DNA of 64,000 nucleotides from Ruminococcus sp. (GTDB lineage Bacteria; Bacillota; Clostridia; Oscillospirales; Ruminococcaceae): NCBI GenBank assembly GCA_015066785.1, contig SVNT01000004.1, positions 126,376 to 190,375 of the forward strand, read 5' to 3'. Shown piece by piece: positions 46,909 to 55,240 of this stretch (position 1 is its first letter; each line of letters starts with the position of its first letter). The notes under the pieces were generated by a model. It saw only the letters and a program-made list of their open reading frames with translations, ran no database searches and was not told where the DNA came from. The position numbers and the translations under genes were made by a program.

Positions 46909-47568
46909 CTACTTAATATGTACAAAATCGTCAATTCCATTTAAACTCTCACTTTGACCATAATGGCTATCCGTATACCATACAGAACCATCTGAACCAA
47001 CTATAAATCTTTCTCCATCTCTAGAAACGCCATTATAATTATTTACATCAAATTCCCTATATGTAATTGAATTCCCATCCGCATCAACTGTTGGTAATTG
47101 TCCCTTTCTGTTTCCCCATGTGCGTCCAGCATTTGTTCCTTGAGTTTGTCCAGATACATTTCCTTGCCATCCTGCATCATCATATTTTTTAAATGAATCT
47201 TTTACGTTTTGAGGAAAGTCATCTAAATCCATTTTGCCAAAATTAGTACCACTCTCAACAACATCATCAGCCTTATCAATAATATCATCCACAACATCTG
47301 GCTTTGATTTTTCTAATGGTTTGATATCATCCGTATTTTTAAAGAAAACCTCACTATCGTCAAGATTGAATCCTTTAAACCCATCATCAAAATCTATGGA
47401 TTTAACGCCAGTGTCGTATGCAGTTTCAATCACATCATCGCCAAGTTCAACAATCTCATCCGCATACTTAACCACAGCGCCTGCACCCATACCAGCAATA
47501 ACGCCAACCGTTCTGGCAACAGCTTCTTCATCATCTCCATGTTCAACGCATAAGCCTATTGCAAGGGT
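46909..47568 (-). CDS. Orphan toxin module with barnase/RNase Sa-like (microbial guanyl RNase) C-terminal domain
   Basis: ITYREFDVNNYNGVSRDGERFIVGSDGSVWYTDSHY matches the E...R...R...(D)HY catalytic pattern. The handle TLAIGLCVEHGDDEEAVARTVGVIAGMGAGAVVKYADE lies upstream. The frame is closed at 47569-47571 by a 1-nt deletion relative to the copy at ~41020. Confidence 0.7.
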   Translation of the reverse strand, partial: TLAIGLCVEHGDDEEAVARTVGVIAGMGAGAVVKYADEIVELGDDVIETAYDTGVKSIDFDDGFKGFNLDDSEVFFKNTDDIKPLEKSKPDVVDDIIDKADDVVESGTNFGKMDLDDFPQNVKDSFKKYDDAGWQGNVSGQTQGTNAGRTWGNRKGQLPTVDADGNSITYREFDVNNYNGVSRDGERFIVGSDGSVWYTDSHYGQSESLNGIDDFVHIK

Positions 47569-47815
47569 TCAAGTCCTAAACTCACGAATACGCTGGCATA
47601 GCCGTTGATAAAAATGTGCCTTAGAATAACTTTTTTTCATGAAATTTTTTTATGCTAACAGCATAAAACACTGCTGATGCACTGACTGAGTTATGTAGAT
47701 ACATAAATTCAAATTAATTCAGAAAGCCAATTATCCAAAGCATCTCCCTCGAGATTCTCTACTGATTGCTCAATATCTTTAAAATCCAATACTGGCATTT
47801 TCACTATTTTTAATG
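47470..47815. repeat. About 345-bp segmental duplicate of 40930-41275
   Basis: Colinear near-identity covers the handle 5' part, the intergenic region and the last ~38 codons of immunity gene 41165..41650. There are homopolymer-length and 1-nt indel differences. Confidence 0.75.
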
Positions 47816-47852
47816 TACTTACTAAGGTGTTTTAGTAATCTTACATTATAAA

Positions 47853-48077
47853 TTATGCTTGTTTACTATTTCCAAACATCATCTCATTTTGATACTTTAT
47901 AATTATATTGTATGCATCCATTGAACTTTTTTGAGCTAAAACGACTTCATCTTCAGTTATCTGAATTTCCTCCATTCTATCGCATATTTCACCTGCATCA
48001 TAAATCATAAAGTAACTATTATCACGTTTCACTATTTCAATTCCATTTCCAGTAAAAATTTTTTCCATATTATACAC
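47853..48077 (-). CDS. Putative immunity protein (74 aa)
   Basis: Follows truncated toxin remnant 48079-48262. Confidence 0.45.
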   Translation of the reverse strand: MYNMEKIFTGNGIEIVKRDNSYFMIYDAGEICDRMEEIQITEDEVVLAQKSSMDAYNIIIKYQNEMMFGNSKQA

Positions 48078-48078
48078 C

Positions 48079-48262
48079 TTACTTTCCTAAAATATTTTCT
48101 GTCACAATATATTCTGTTTTCGGCACAGGTTCAATAACCGCTTCCATAACACCACCTGGTTTTGTATATCCTCCTGGAGTCCAATAACCGGGCCATGCGC
48201 CAGCTTCATTGCCATTCCGATAACTCTCTGCTGTGCTTCTTCATCATCGCCGTGTTCGAGGC
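48079..48262 (-). pseudogene. Frameshifted, heavily truncated toxin remnant
   Basis: EHGDDEEAQQRVIGMAM handle variant, then a frame change to ...AGAWPGYWTPGGYTKPGGVMEAVIEPVPKTEYIVTENILGK stop. Confidence 0.4.
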
Positions 48263-48294
48263 ATTTTCAAACATATTTATCAAATCATTTTATT

Positions 48295-48603
48295 CTATTT
48301 CAAAAAATCATTTGATTTTATTATATATATTTTCATAAGTTCCGTTCTCCTGTTGTCTAATTCGGAATTTCCAATTTGTACATCAAATTTAAAGAAAAAT
48401 CTATTCGATATCTCATCTTCTAACGATTTTAATTCTTCTTTATCTTTATGTTCTTTCAAAAATGAAATCCATTCTCTTGCTTCACTTTCATTTTGAGCAA
48501 GCACATAATCCTTTTCTTCTTTTCTCATTATAACGATAGTTTCAATTAATTCGCTTAATATTTTTATCAATTCACTATGATGATCTTTATTAATAATATT
48601 CAC
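48295..48603 (-). CDS. Putative immunity protein (102 aa)
   Basis: Starts 10 nt after the toxin fragment stop. Confidence 0.45.
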   Translation of the reverse strand: MNIINKDHHSELIKILSELIETIVIMRKEEKDYVLAQNESEAREWISFLKEHKDKEELKSLEDEISNRFFFKFDVQIGNSELDNRRTELMKIYIIKSNDFLK

Positions 48604-48613
48604 GATAATTACC

Positions 48614-48976
48614 TCATTTCCAATTTGTTGGTAATATTTTTATCCAATCAGATGGGACTGCTTTATAATCAATATAAACCTGATGTGCTCCGCCGTACAA
48701 CCCCATGCCTTGTGTTCCTACAGTTCCTTCTAATCCTGACAAAGATGAGCCTTTTGGTATTGTCATCTTATATAAAGTGGATGCATCATTACAAAATTCT
48801 TGCTTGATCGCAAAATCTGTTCTCCATTGATATTGTGTGGCCGGAGGTGGATCCAAACTCCAAAAGCCCCCATAATTGCAAATGCAAATTACAGGGGCTA
48901 TAAAACCGCTTTTATATTGAAAAATTCTGAGCAATATCCTGATCGAGTCTTTCAATTGCATTCGCCGTTCCATCAA
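48614..48976 (-). pseudogene. Toxin C-terminal fragment abutting the esx gene (N-terminal delivery region missing)
   Basis: The 5' 65 nt overlap the WXG100 gene in another frame. The C-terminus ...KGSSLSGLEGTVGTQGMGLYGGAHQVYIDY has a GG-x-Q-like motif, as in the TNT-like module. Confidence 0.4.
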
Positions 48977-49205
48977 GCTGAGAACCTATATCATCTATAA
49001 GCTGCTTCATCTGTATAAATGAAGGTTTGAGTGTATTAAACTGCATAGCAAACTGTTCACTCGCCTGCCCTTCCCATTCATCCCGAAGTGCATTGATCAG
49101 ATTCTGCATTTTATCTATTACCTGCCGAAAATTCTCGCCTTCATTTCTTACTTCCGCCGATCTTGAACGCATCTGTTCCGGTGAATTTCTTATCTGTCCT
49201 GACAT
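48912..49205 (-). CDS. WXG100 family protein (island copy)
   Basis: 97 aa. MSGQIRNSPEQMRSRSAEV..., DEWEGQASEQF WXG motif. Confidence 0.8.
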   Translation of the reverse strand: MSGQIRNSPEQMRSRSAEVRNEGENFRQVIDKMQNLINALRDEWEGQASEQFAMQFNTLKPSFIQMKQLIDDIGSQLDGTANAIERLDQDIAQNFSI

Positions 49206-49362
49206 TTTAATGTCATCCTTTTATTTGTTAATGTATTAACATACAATTTAATACTTAAAATACCTCTTTTTTGCTTCTTTTGACATATCATTTTAGTAAA
49301 ACACATGTTTTTTCGAGTGAAATCAGAATATATACAAAAATCCCCACCTGTAAGAGCAGTAA

Positions 49363-49584
49363 ATCGCAACACAGTGCTATGAAATAGATGAAAATGAAGC
49401 TGAAGCGGTGCGATATATTTTCAATAGCATAAGCGAGGGCAAAAGCTACAATGCTGTGATTACCGACCTTAACGCCAAGGGATTCCGGACAAGAAGCGGA
49501 AATTTATTTGGTAAGAACAGCTTATATGATATGCTTCATAACGAGAAATACAAGGGCGTTTACATTTACAACCGCCGCTCTTGA
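49363..49584 (+). pseudogene. Large serine recombinase internal fragment
   Basis: YEIDENEAEAVRYIFNSISEGKSYNAVITDLNAKGFRTRSGNLFGKNSLYDMLHNEKYKGVYIYNR matches the recombinase-domain pattern. No start codon, no catalytic N-domain and no C-terminal part. Confidence 0.6.
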
Positions 49585-49648
49585 ACGCATCTGTTCCGGT
49601 GAAATTCTTATCTGTCCTGACATTTTAATGTCATCCTTTTATTTCGTT
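49571..49648. repeat. About 78-bp duplicate of the esx 5' end and RBS (copy of 49155-49232)
   Basis: CCGCCG(A/C)TCTTGAACGCATCTGTTCCGGTGAA(T/A)TTCTTATCTGTCCTGACATTTTAATGTCATCCTTTTATTT occurs at both sites, flanking the recombinase fragment. Confidence 0.75.
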
Positions 49649-50047
49649 AAGCCATTCCAAAAATACTTCTCCCGAATTTTTTTGAGTTTTTGAAGAACAC
49701 ACTTCCTCGTATTTGTATTCAGCAGTATACTTTCCGGACGATACATCATAATACAATTTCATTTCAGTCGGAATCTGCATATTATGCTTTTTACAAATAC
49801 CATCTAATTTCCCCAAATCTTCTGTACCAAGTTTCAAGAACTGGAATGCCAAATTATTAGGCACCCCCAATTGATTCAATGTTTTTATTTCGCCATTAAC
49901 ATCAAAAAAAGCATTAAACATCTTGCTCTTCTTTTCGTTAGAACAATACACATAAATTTTACTTATTTTTTGTTCAGTCACCTCCATACATAATGATATC
50001 AATGCTGATTGCAAATCCATAAATTCATCTTCAAATACCTTATTCAT
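49631..50047 (-). CDS. DUF600/YezG(EsaG)-like immunity protein
   Basis: Start MNKVFEDEF behind AAAAGGAG. KIYVYCSNEKKSKMFNAFFDVNGEIKTLNQLGVP...MKLYYDVSSGKYTAEYKYEEV follows the DUF600 pattern. Confidence 0.6.
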   Translation of the reverse strand: MNKVFEDEFMDLQSALISLCMEVTEQKISKIYVYCSNEKKSKMFNAFFDVNGEIKTLNQLGVPNNLAFQFLKLGTEDLGKLDGICKKHNMQIPTEMKLYYDVSSGKYTAEYKYEEVCSSKTQKNSGEVFLEWLNEIKG

Positions 50048-50095
50048 TTCTATACTCCTTTTAATTATATATTTTTTGATAATAATACACATCAT

Positions 50096-50220
50096 CTATC
50101 GTATACGATACATCAAATGAAGTTGGACGAATACTGAATCATAGTTAATAACAATATCAACTGTTACTTTTTGACCATTTTTCAACGCTTTTACCCACTG
50201 ATTTTCAATCACTTTAAACT
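50096..50220 (-). pseudogene. EsaD/YeeF-type (Endonuclease_NS_2-like) nuclease toxin C-terminal remnant
   Basis: NLSEFKVIENQWVKALKNGQKVTVDIVINYD resembles the N..f..lE..W..Al..G..V.v.i..Y end of these nucleases. No upstream part; it abuts the tRNA terminator. Confidence 0.4.
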
Positions 50221-50224
50221 CACT

Positions 50225-50275
50225 CAAATTGAAAAAATCCGCAAGCAAGCCTTTTTGAAGCCTGTTGCGGATTTT
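50225..50275 (-). terminator. Hairpin terminator downstream of tRNA-Pro
   Basis: AAAAATCCGCAA...TTGCGGATTTTT stem-loop. Confidence 0.55.
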
Positions 50276-50277
50276 TC

Positions 50278-50354
<77 letters not shown>

Positions 50355-50419
50355 AAATGCGGGCTATATTCACCCACAAAATTTATTTTAGCATAATTTT
50401 TCTTATTTGTAAAGTCTTT

Positions 50420-51346
50420 TTATTCGTTTTCTTCTGTTTCTTCGGTTTCGGCAGGCTCTTCAAACTCCTGCATATCGGGGAGTGCCGCCAGCTTTGCCCC
50501 GAAACCGCTGACAAACTGGGTGAGTCTGCGTGATGTCGGACGCTCAAAGCAGGAGCTGTCGATAGTTATGCACCTTCCGCTTTTCACTGCATCAAGCTCA
50601 CCTATTTCGGCGTCAAAGCCGTCTATCGATACATCCGACGAAAGAAGAATCTTGTCGGGATTTTTTTCTATCAGCTGTTCTGCAGGGAAGCTGTATTTCG
50701 TGTTTTCGGAGGCAATATTCTCTCCGAAATACGAGAGGATTTCTCCTGCAAGTGTGTCGCCCGTAGCCGTGCCGTAGTCGTATGTCATAAGATATGCAAA
50801 CGAGCCGTCGGGAGATGTCTGCGAAAGTGCGGTTGCAAGCGGATTCATGCAGTTGTCAGCCGCCGCCTTTGATGTCAGTTCACCGCCGAATATCGCCGCC
50901 AGACGCTCGTAGCATCCGTGAAGTTCAGCTACGCTGTCGGGACTTTCGAGTACAACGACCTTTATTCCCGCAGCCTCAAGGGAGTCCTTGTCGGTTTTTG
51001 CAATAGGGCTCTGCGTAATGAGAAGCTCGGGCTTTATCGCTATGATTTTTGCGATTTTCGGTTTCGCCGCACTTCCGATGTCAACGAGCGAAGAAACCGC
51101 CTGCGGATAGTCGCAGTAGGTACTTCTTGCGACCAGCTTATCCTGATAACCCAGCTCGTATATCATCTCCGTCAGCGCAGGGGAGAGTGACGCCACAGTT
51201 GCAGGCGCCGCAGAAAACTCAACCTCGTCCACGATAACGGGGTAGTCGGTAGGTTCAGGCTCATTGGTATTATATTCAATTTCGGTGCAGCCTGTTATTG
51301 TCAGCATAAGCATTGCCGACAGGAGCAACGAGAGCAGTTTTTTCAT
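50420..51346 (-). CDS. ABC transporter substrate-binding lipoprotein (iron-siderophore/cobalamin-type periplasmic binding protein)
   Basis: Lipobox LMLTITGC. Class III SBP-like sequence (ELGYQDKLVARSTYCDYP, KPELLIT). Acidic C-terminal tail. Confidence 0.7.
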   Translation of the reverse strand: MKKLLSLLLSAMLMLTITGCTEIEYNTNEPEPTDYPVIVDEVEFSAAPATVASLSPALTEMIYELGYQDKLVARSTYCDYPQAVSSLVDIGSAAKPKIAKIIAIKPELLITQSPIAKTDKDSLEAAGIKVVVLESPDSVAELHGCYERLAAIFGGELTSKAAADNCMNPLATALSQTSPDGSFAYLMTYDYGTATGDTLAGEILSYFGENIASENTKYSFPAEQLIEKNPDKILLSSDVSIDGFDAEIGELDAVKSGRCITIDSSCFERPTSRRLTQFVSGFGAKLAALPDMQEFEEPAETEETEENE

Positions 51347-51437
51347 TTTTCCGAATATCCTCCGATAATTCTAAAAGTATACGCAGTTTATTATACACCG
51401 TTTTTCAAAAAAATGCAAATAATAAAAGGTGTAAGCA

Positions 51438-51466
51438 TTGACTAAATATGAATAACGATATATAAT
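51438..51466 (+). promoter_or_regulatory. Sigma-A-type promoter for ilvBN
   Basis: TTGACT, 17 nt, TATAAT, about 45 nt upstream of the ilvB start. Confidence 0.5.
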
Positions 51467-51510
51467 ATTATTGTATATTTTTCAGTAAACTACGGAATTG
51501 AGGGGATTTT

Positions 51511-53097
51511 ATGAAAGCGGCGGAGGCTATTGCACAGTGCCTTGTAAAAGAGAATATCACTACCGTTTTCGGCTATCCGGGGGCAGCGATAGGTCTCGTG
51601 TACGAAGCAATTTCAAAAGCGGGAATACGCCATATCCTCGTCCGTCAGGAGCAGAACGGAGGGCATTCCGCAAGCGGCTACGCAAGAATTACGGGAAAGC
51701 CTGCGGTCTGTCTTGCGACAAGCGGCCCCGGTGCGACAAATCTCCTTACAGCGATAGCAACAGCGTATATGGACAGCATTCCCGTTGTGTTCATCACGGG
51801 GCAGGTTTCCACCGACCAGATCGGCCGTGACGTTTTTCAGGAGGCTGACATCACAGGCTCGTCGGAGCCGTTCATAAAGCACAGCTTTCTTATCAAGAGT
51901 GCGGCGGAAATCCCGATGGTTTTCAAAAAAGCCTTCCATATCGCAGGTACGGGAAGAAAAGGCCCCGTACTCATAGATATTCCGACGGATATAAGTGCGC
52001 AGGAAATAGATTTTGTCTATCCCGAAAAAATCAGTATGCGCAGCTACAAGCCCACAACGAAGGGAAACAAGCTCCAGATAAAAAGAGTGACCGAGGCTCT
52101 TTCTGAGGCAAAGCGTCCTGTTCTTTGCGCAGGGGGAGGGGTTATACTATCCGACGCCTCGGACAAGTTGACGGAGCTTGCCGAAAAGCTCGATGCTCCC
52201 GTTGTCACGACAATGATGGGACTTGGTGCAATCGAAGGAAAGCACCCTCTCAATATGGGTATGATAGGACTTTTTGGAGAACAGCGGGCAAACTATGCGG
52301 TGAATAAATGCGACCTCATCATTCTTATCGGGGCGAGAGTCGGTGACAGGGCGATAACCTCACCGATGTTCATAGAAAAAACCACGAAGATAATACATAT
52401 CGACATAGACCCCGCCGAAATAGGAAAGAATATCTCGGCGGATATTCCCATTGTCGGCGATGCGGGAACAGTTCTCGGACAGCTTATTGATGCGGTTGAC
52501 AATATGTCGCACGATGAGTGGAGAGAAAAACTCGGGACTATCGAAATCGCTAAAAAGAAATATCCGCATACAGTTGTTCAGGAGTTTTCAAGACAGTCCC
52601 CCGACGCTATATGCGTCTGCGATGTCGGTCAGCACCTTATCTGGACGGCGAGGAGTTTTTCTGTCGGCAAGGGCGGAAGATTTCTGACAAGCGGCGGAAT
52701 GGGCACGATGGGTTATGCAATTCCTGCGGCGACAGGTGCAAAGCTCGCCTCACCCGAAAAGACAGTAATTGCATTTGTCGGTGACGGCGGTTTCCAGATG
52801 TCCATGATGGAGCTCGGCACGCTTATGCAGCACAATATTCCTGTGAAAATAGTCCTTTTTGATAATCACGTTCTCGGAATGGTCCGTGAATATCAGCGTC
52901 TTGCAGAGGTTTCGGAATTTGCAGTCAACCTTGACGGCAGTCCCGATTACCTTATGCTTGCGAAGGCTTACGGTATTGACGGTGCAAGGATAAAAGATGG
53001 CGACGACATTGAAAACGCCGTGAAAAAGGCGCTTTCTTCCGATGGGTCGTACATCCTTGTGTGCGAGGTATCGCCTGACGAAAGGAGCGTGCCGTAA
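51511..53097 (+). CDS. ilvB: Acetolactate synthase large subunit (ThDP enzyme)
   Basis: GYPGAAI, TSGPGATNL, GGMGTMGYAIPAA...GDGGFQM ThDP motif. Confidence 0.85.
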   Translation: MKAAEAIAQCLVKENITTVFGYPGAAIGLVYEAISKAGIRHILVRQEQNGGHSASGYARITGKPAVCLATSGPGATNLLTAIATAYMDSIPVVFITGQVSTDQIGRDVFQEADITGSSEPFIKHSFLIKSAAEIPMVFKKAFHIAGTGRKGPVLIDIPTDISAQEIDFVYPEKISMRSYKPTTKGNKLQIKRVTEALSEAKRPVLCAGGGVILSDASDKLTELAEKLDAPVVTTMMGLGAIEGKHPLNMGMIGLFGEQRANYAVNKCDLIILIGARVGDRAITSPMFIEKTTKIIHIDIDPAEIGKNISADIPIVGDAGTVLGQLIDAVDNMSHDEWREKLGTIEIAKKKYPHTVVQEFSRQSPDAICVCDVGQHLIWTARSFSVGKGGRFLTSGGMGTMGYAIPAATGAKLASPEKTVIAFVGDGGFQMSMMELGTLMQHNIPVKIVLFDNHVLGMVREYQRLAEVSEFAVNLDGSPDYLMLAKAYGIDGARIKDGDDIENAVKKALSSDGSYILVCEVSPDERSVP

Positions 53098-53100
53098 AAT

Positions 53101-53607
53101 ATGAAACACACAATTTCTGTTCTCGTTGAGAATACCTCGGGCGTTCTTTCGAGAATTACGGGGCTTTTCTCAAGACGAGGCTTCAACATCGACAGCCTTG
53201 CCGTAGGAATTACCGACGACCCTGCAATATCAAGAGTTACAATTGTCGCAGACGGCGATGAGCATACGGTAGAGCAGCTTGAAAAACAGCTCAACAAGCT
53301 GATAGATGTAATAAAAGTAAAGTCGTTCAATCCCGACGAAATGATTTCGAGGGAGCTTGTGCTTGTCAAGGTGAATTGCAGCTCCGACCAGCAGAGGTCT
53401 GAAATTATGAATATCGTATCCCTTACGGACGCTAAAATTGTTGATATTACGCCGTCTACGGTAACGATAGAGATTTCCGACTGGGCGGTAAAGCTCAGGA
53501 ATTTCGAAGACCTTATAAGACCTTACGGCATACTTGAAATGGTAAGGACGGGCGTTGTCGCAATCCAGCGTGGCGCAAAGGAAATCACAGAAAAGAAGAA
53601 AAAATAA
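53101..53607 (+). CDS. ilvN: Acetolactate synthase small (regulatory, ACT) subunit
   Basis: MKHTISVLVENTSGVLSRITGLFSRRGFNIDSLAVG is the classical IlvN/IlvH N-terminus. Confidence 0.9.
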   Translation: MKHTISVLVENTSGVLSRITGLFSRRGFNIDSLAVGITDDPAISRVTIVADGDEHTVEQLEKQLNKLIDVIKVKSFNPDEMISRELVLVKVNCSSDQQRSEIMNIVSLTDAKIVDITPSTVTIEISDWAVKLRNFEDLIRPYGILEMVRTGVVAIQRGAKEITEKKKK

Positions 53608-53661
53608 AAAACCGATATGCATAAGCATATCGGTTTTTTGTTTTGCGTTTCAGTCTGACAA

Positions 53662-53862
<201 letters not shown>

Positions 53863-53912
53863 TTAACCCTAATACAATTTTAGCACATTTTTTGAAAAAA
53901 GCAATAGTTTTT

Positions 53913-54707
53913 TTAAATTCCCAGCAATCTTTCAGCATTTTCGTGAAAAATAAGCTCTTTTTCGTCATCGGATATACCGAGCGACTGAATAAGCGAACGC
54001 TCCTTATCCGCAGGGTGCCAGGGAATGTCAGTACCGAAAAGAATTCTGTCTGCACCGTGATTTTTTATTATTCTTTCAAGCTGTTCGGGTTCTATATAGT
54101 CGCAAAGCATAGCGGTATCGAAGTAAATATCCTCACCGACGAGGTGTTTTTCCACATCGTCCCAGTGCCTCATTCCTCCGCCGTGGGCGAGAATCATCGT
54201 CATTTCGGGAACAGCCTTGTGTGCCTTCAGCGAAGCTTCGGGCATGGCGTGTACAACATCGGGGGAAAGCGGGTCCCAGCCTGCGTGGAATATCACGGGG
54301 AGCGAAAGCTCTGCGCATTTGCGGTACACGGGGAATACCCTTTCGTCGTCGATAAAGAAATCCTGATAATCGGGGTGGAGCTTTATTCCGTGAAGACCGA
54401 GGACTTTTATGCGCTCAAGCTCCTCCATAACATCGTCGGCGAATGGATGAACACTCCCGAAAGAATAAATACGGCTGTACTTGTCCTGAACTTCCTTTGC
54501 CCAGTCGTTGATGATTGTCTGCTGTGTCGGTTTTGTCGCTACGGGTAGCATCACCGAAATATCAACACCGTATTTATCGAGGCAGTTGTCAAGTCCCGAT
54601 ATTGTTCCGTCGGAATAATTCGGGATTTTTGCAACGGAAAGAAGTCTTTGCATTGCCTTTTCGACAATTTTATCCGCAAAAGCGTGCGAATGGAAATCTA
54701 TTAACAT
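53913..54707 (-). CDS. Amidohydrolase-family (TIM-barrel metal-dependent) hydrolase
   Basis: MLIDFHSHAF..., ...ILAHGGG..., FGTDIPW motifs. Confidence 0.7.
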   Translation of the reverse strand: MLIDFHSHAFADKIVEKAMQRLLSVAKIPNYSDGTISGLDNCLDKYGVDISVMLPVATKPTQQTIINDWAKEVQDKYSRIYSFGSVHPFADDVMEELERIKVLGLHGIKLHPDYQDFFIDDERVFPVYRKCAELSLPVIFHAGWDPLSPDVVHAMPEASLKAHKAVPEMTMILAHGGGMRHWDDVEKHLVGEDIYFDTAMLCDYIEPEQLERIIKNHGADRILFGTDIPWHPADKERSLIQSLGISDDEKELIFHENAERLLGI

Positions 54708-54826
54708 AATCTGCGCCTCCGCATAAGATATAATAAAGAAAAATTACTCCCTTATTTTTCTTTTGTGATTATATATCGTATAAGCGGTAATAATATCATC
54801 AAGAAAATAAATAAGGAGTTGTGTTA

Positions 54827-55192
54827 ATGGTGTCTGTAAAAAGGGGAGAAATATATTACGCCGATTTAAGTCCCGTCGTAGGCTCCGAGCAGGGCGGAAT
54901 ACGCCCCGTTCTCATCGTGCAGAATGATATGGGCAACAAATACAGCCCTACGGTCATAGCCGCCGCAATCACGAGCCGTCACGACAAAGCAAAACTGCCC
55001 ACGCATATCGACCTCAGCACCGTTTCGTGCGGTTTGTCGAAGGACAGCGTTGTTCTTTTAGAGCAGATAAGAACGATAGATAAACGCCGTCTTCGTGAAA
55101 GAATGGGCGAGCTTGATGTGGACTCGATGAGGAAGGTGAACGACGCACTTTCCATCAGTTTCGGACTTTCAAACAGTAATTTTATTACATAA
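54827..55192 (+). CDS. mazF: PemK/MazF-family endoribonuclease toxin
   Basis: ATG at 54827 behind [37 protein letters not shown]...TVIAAAITS is a MazF/EndoA signature. Confidence 0.85.
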   Translation: MVSVKRGEIYYADLSPVVGSEQGGIRPVLIVQNDMGNKYSPTVIAAAITSRHDKAKLPTHIDLSTVSCGLSKDSVVLLEQIRTIDKRRLRERMGELDVDSMRKVNDALSISFGLSNSNFIT

Positions 55193-55203
55193 ATACTGTT
55201 TAT

Positions 55204-55240
55204 GGGGTTCCTGCAAAAAGCAGGAACCCCGTTTTGTTTT
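55204..55240. terminator. Bidirectional terminator
   Basis: GGGGTTCCTGC AAAAA GCAGGAACCCC followed by a T-run. Confidence 0.8.
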
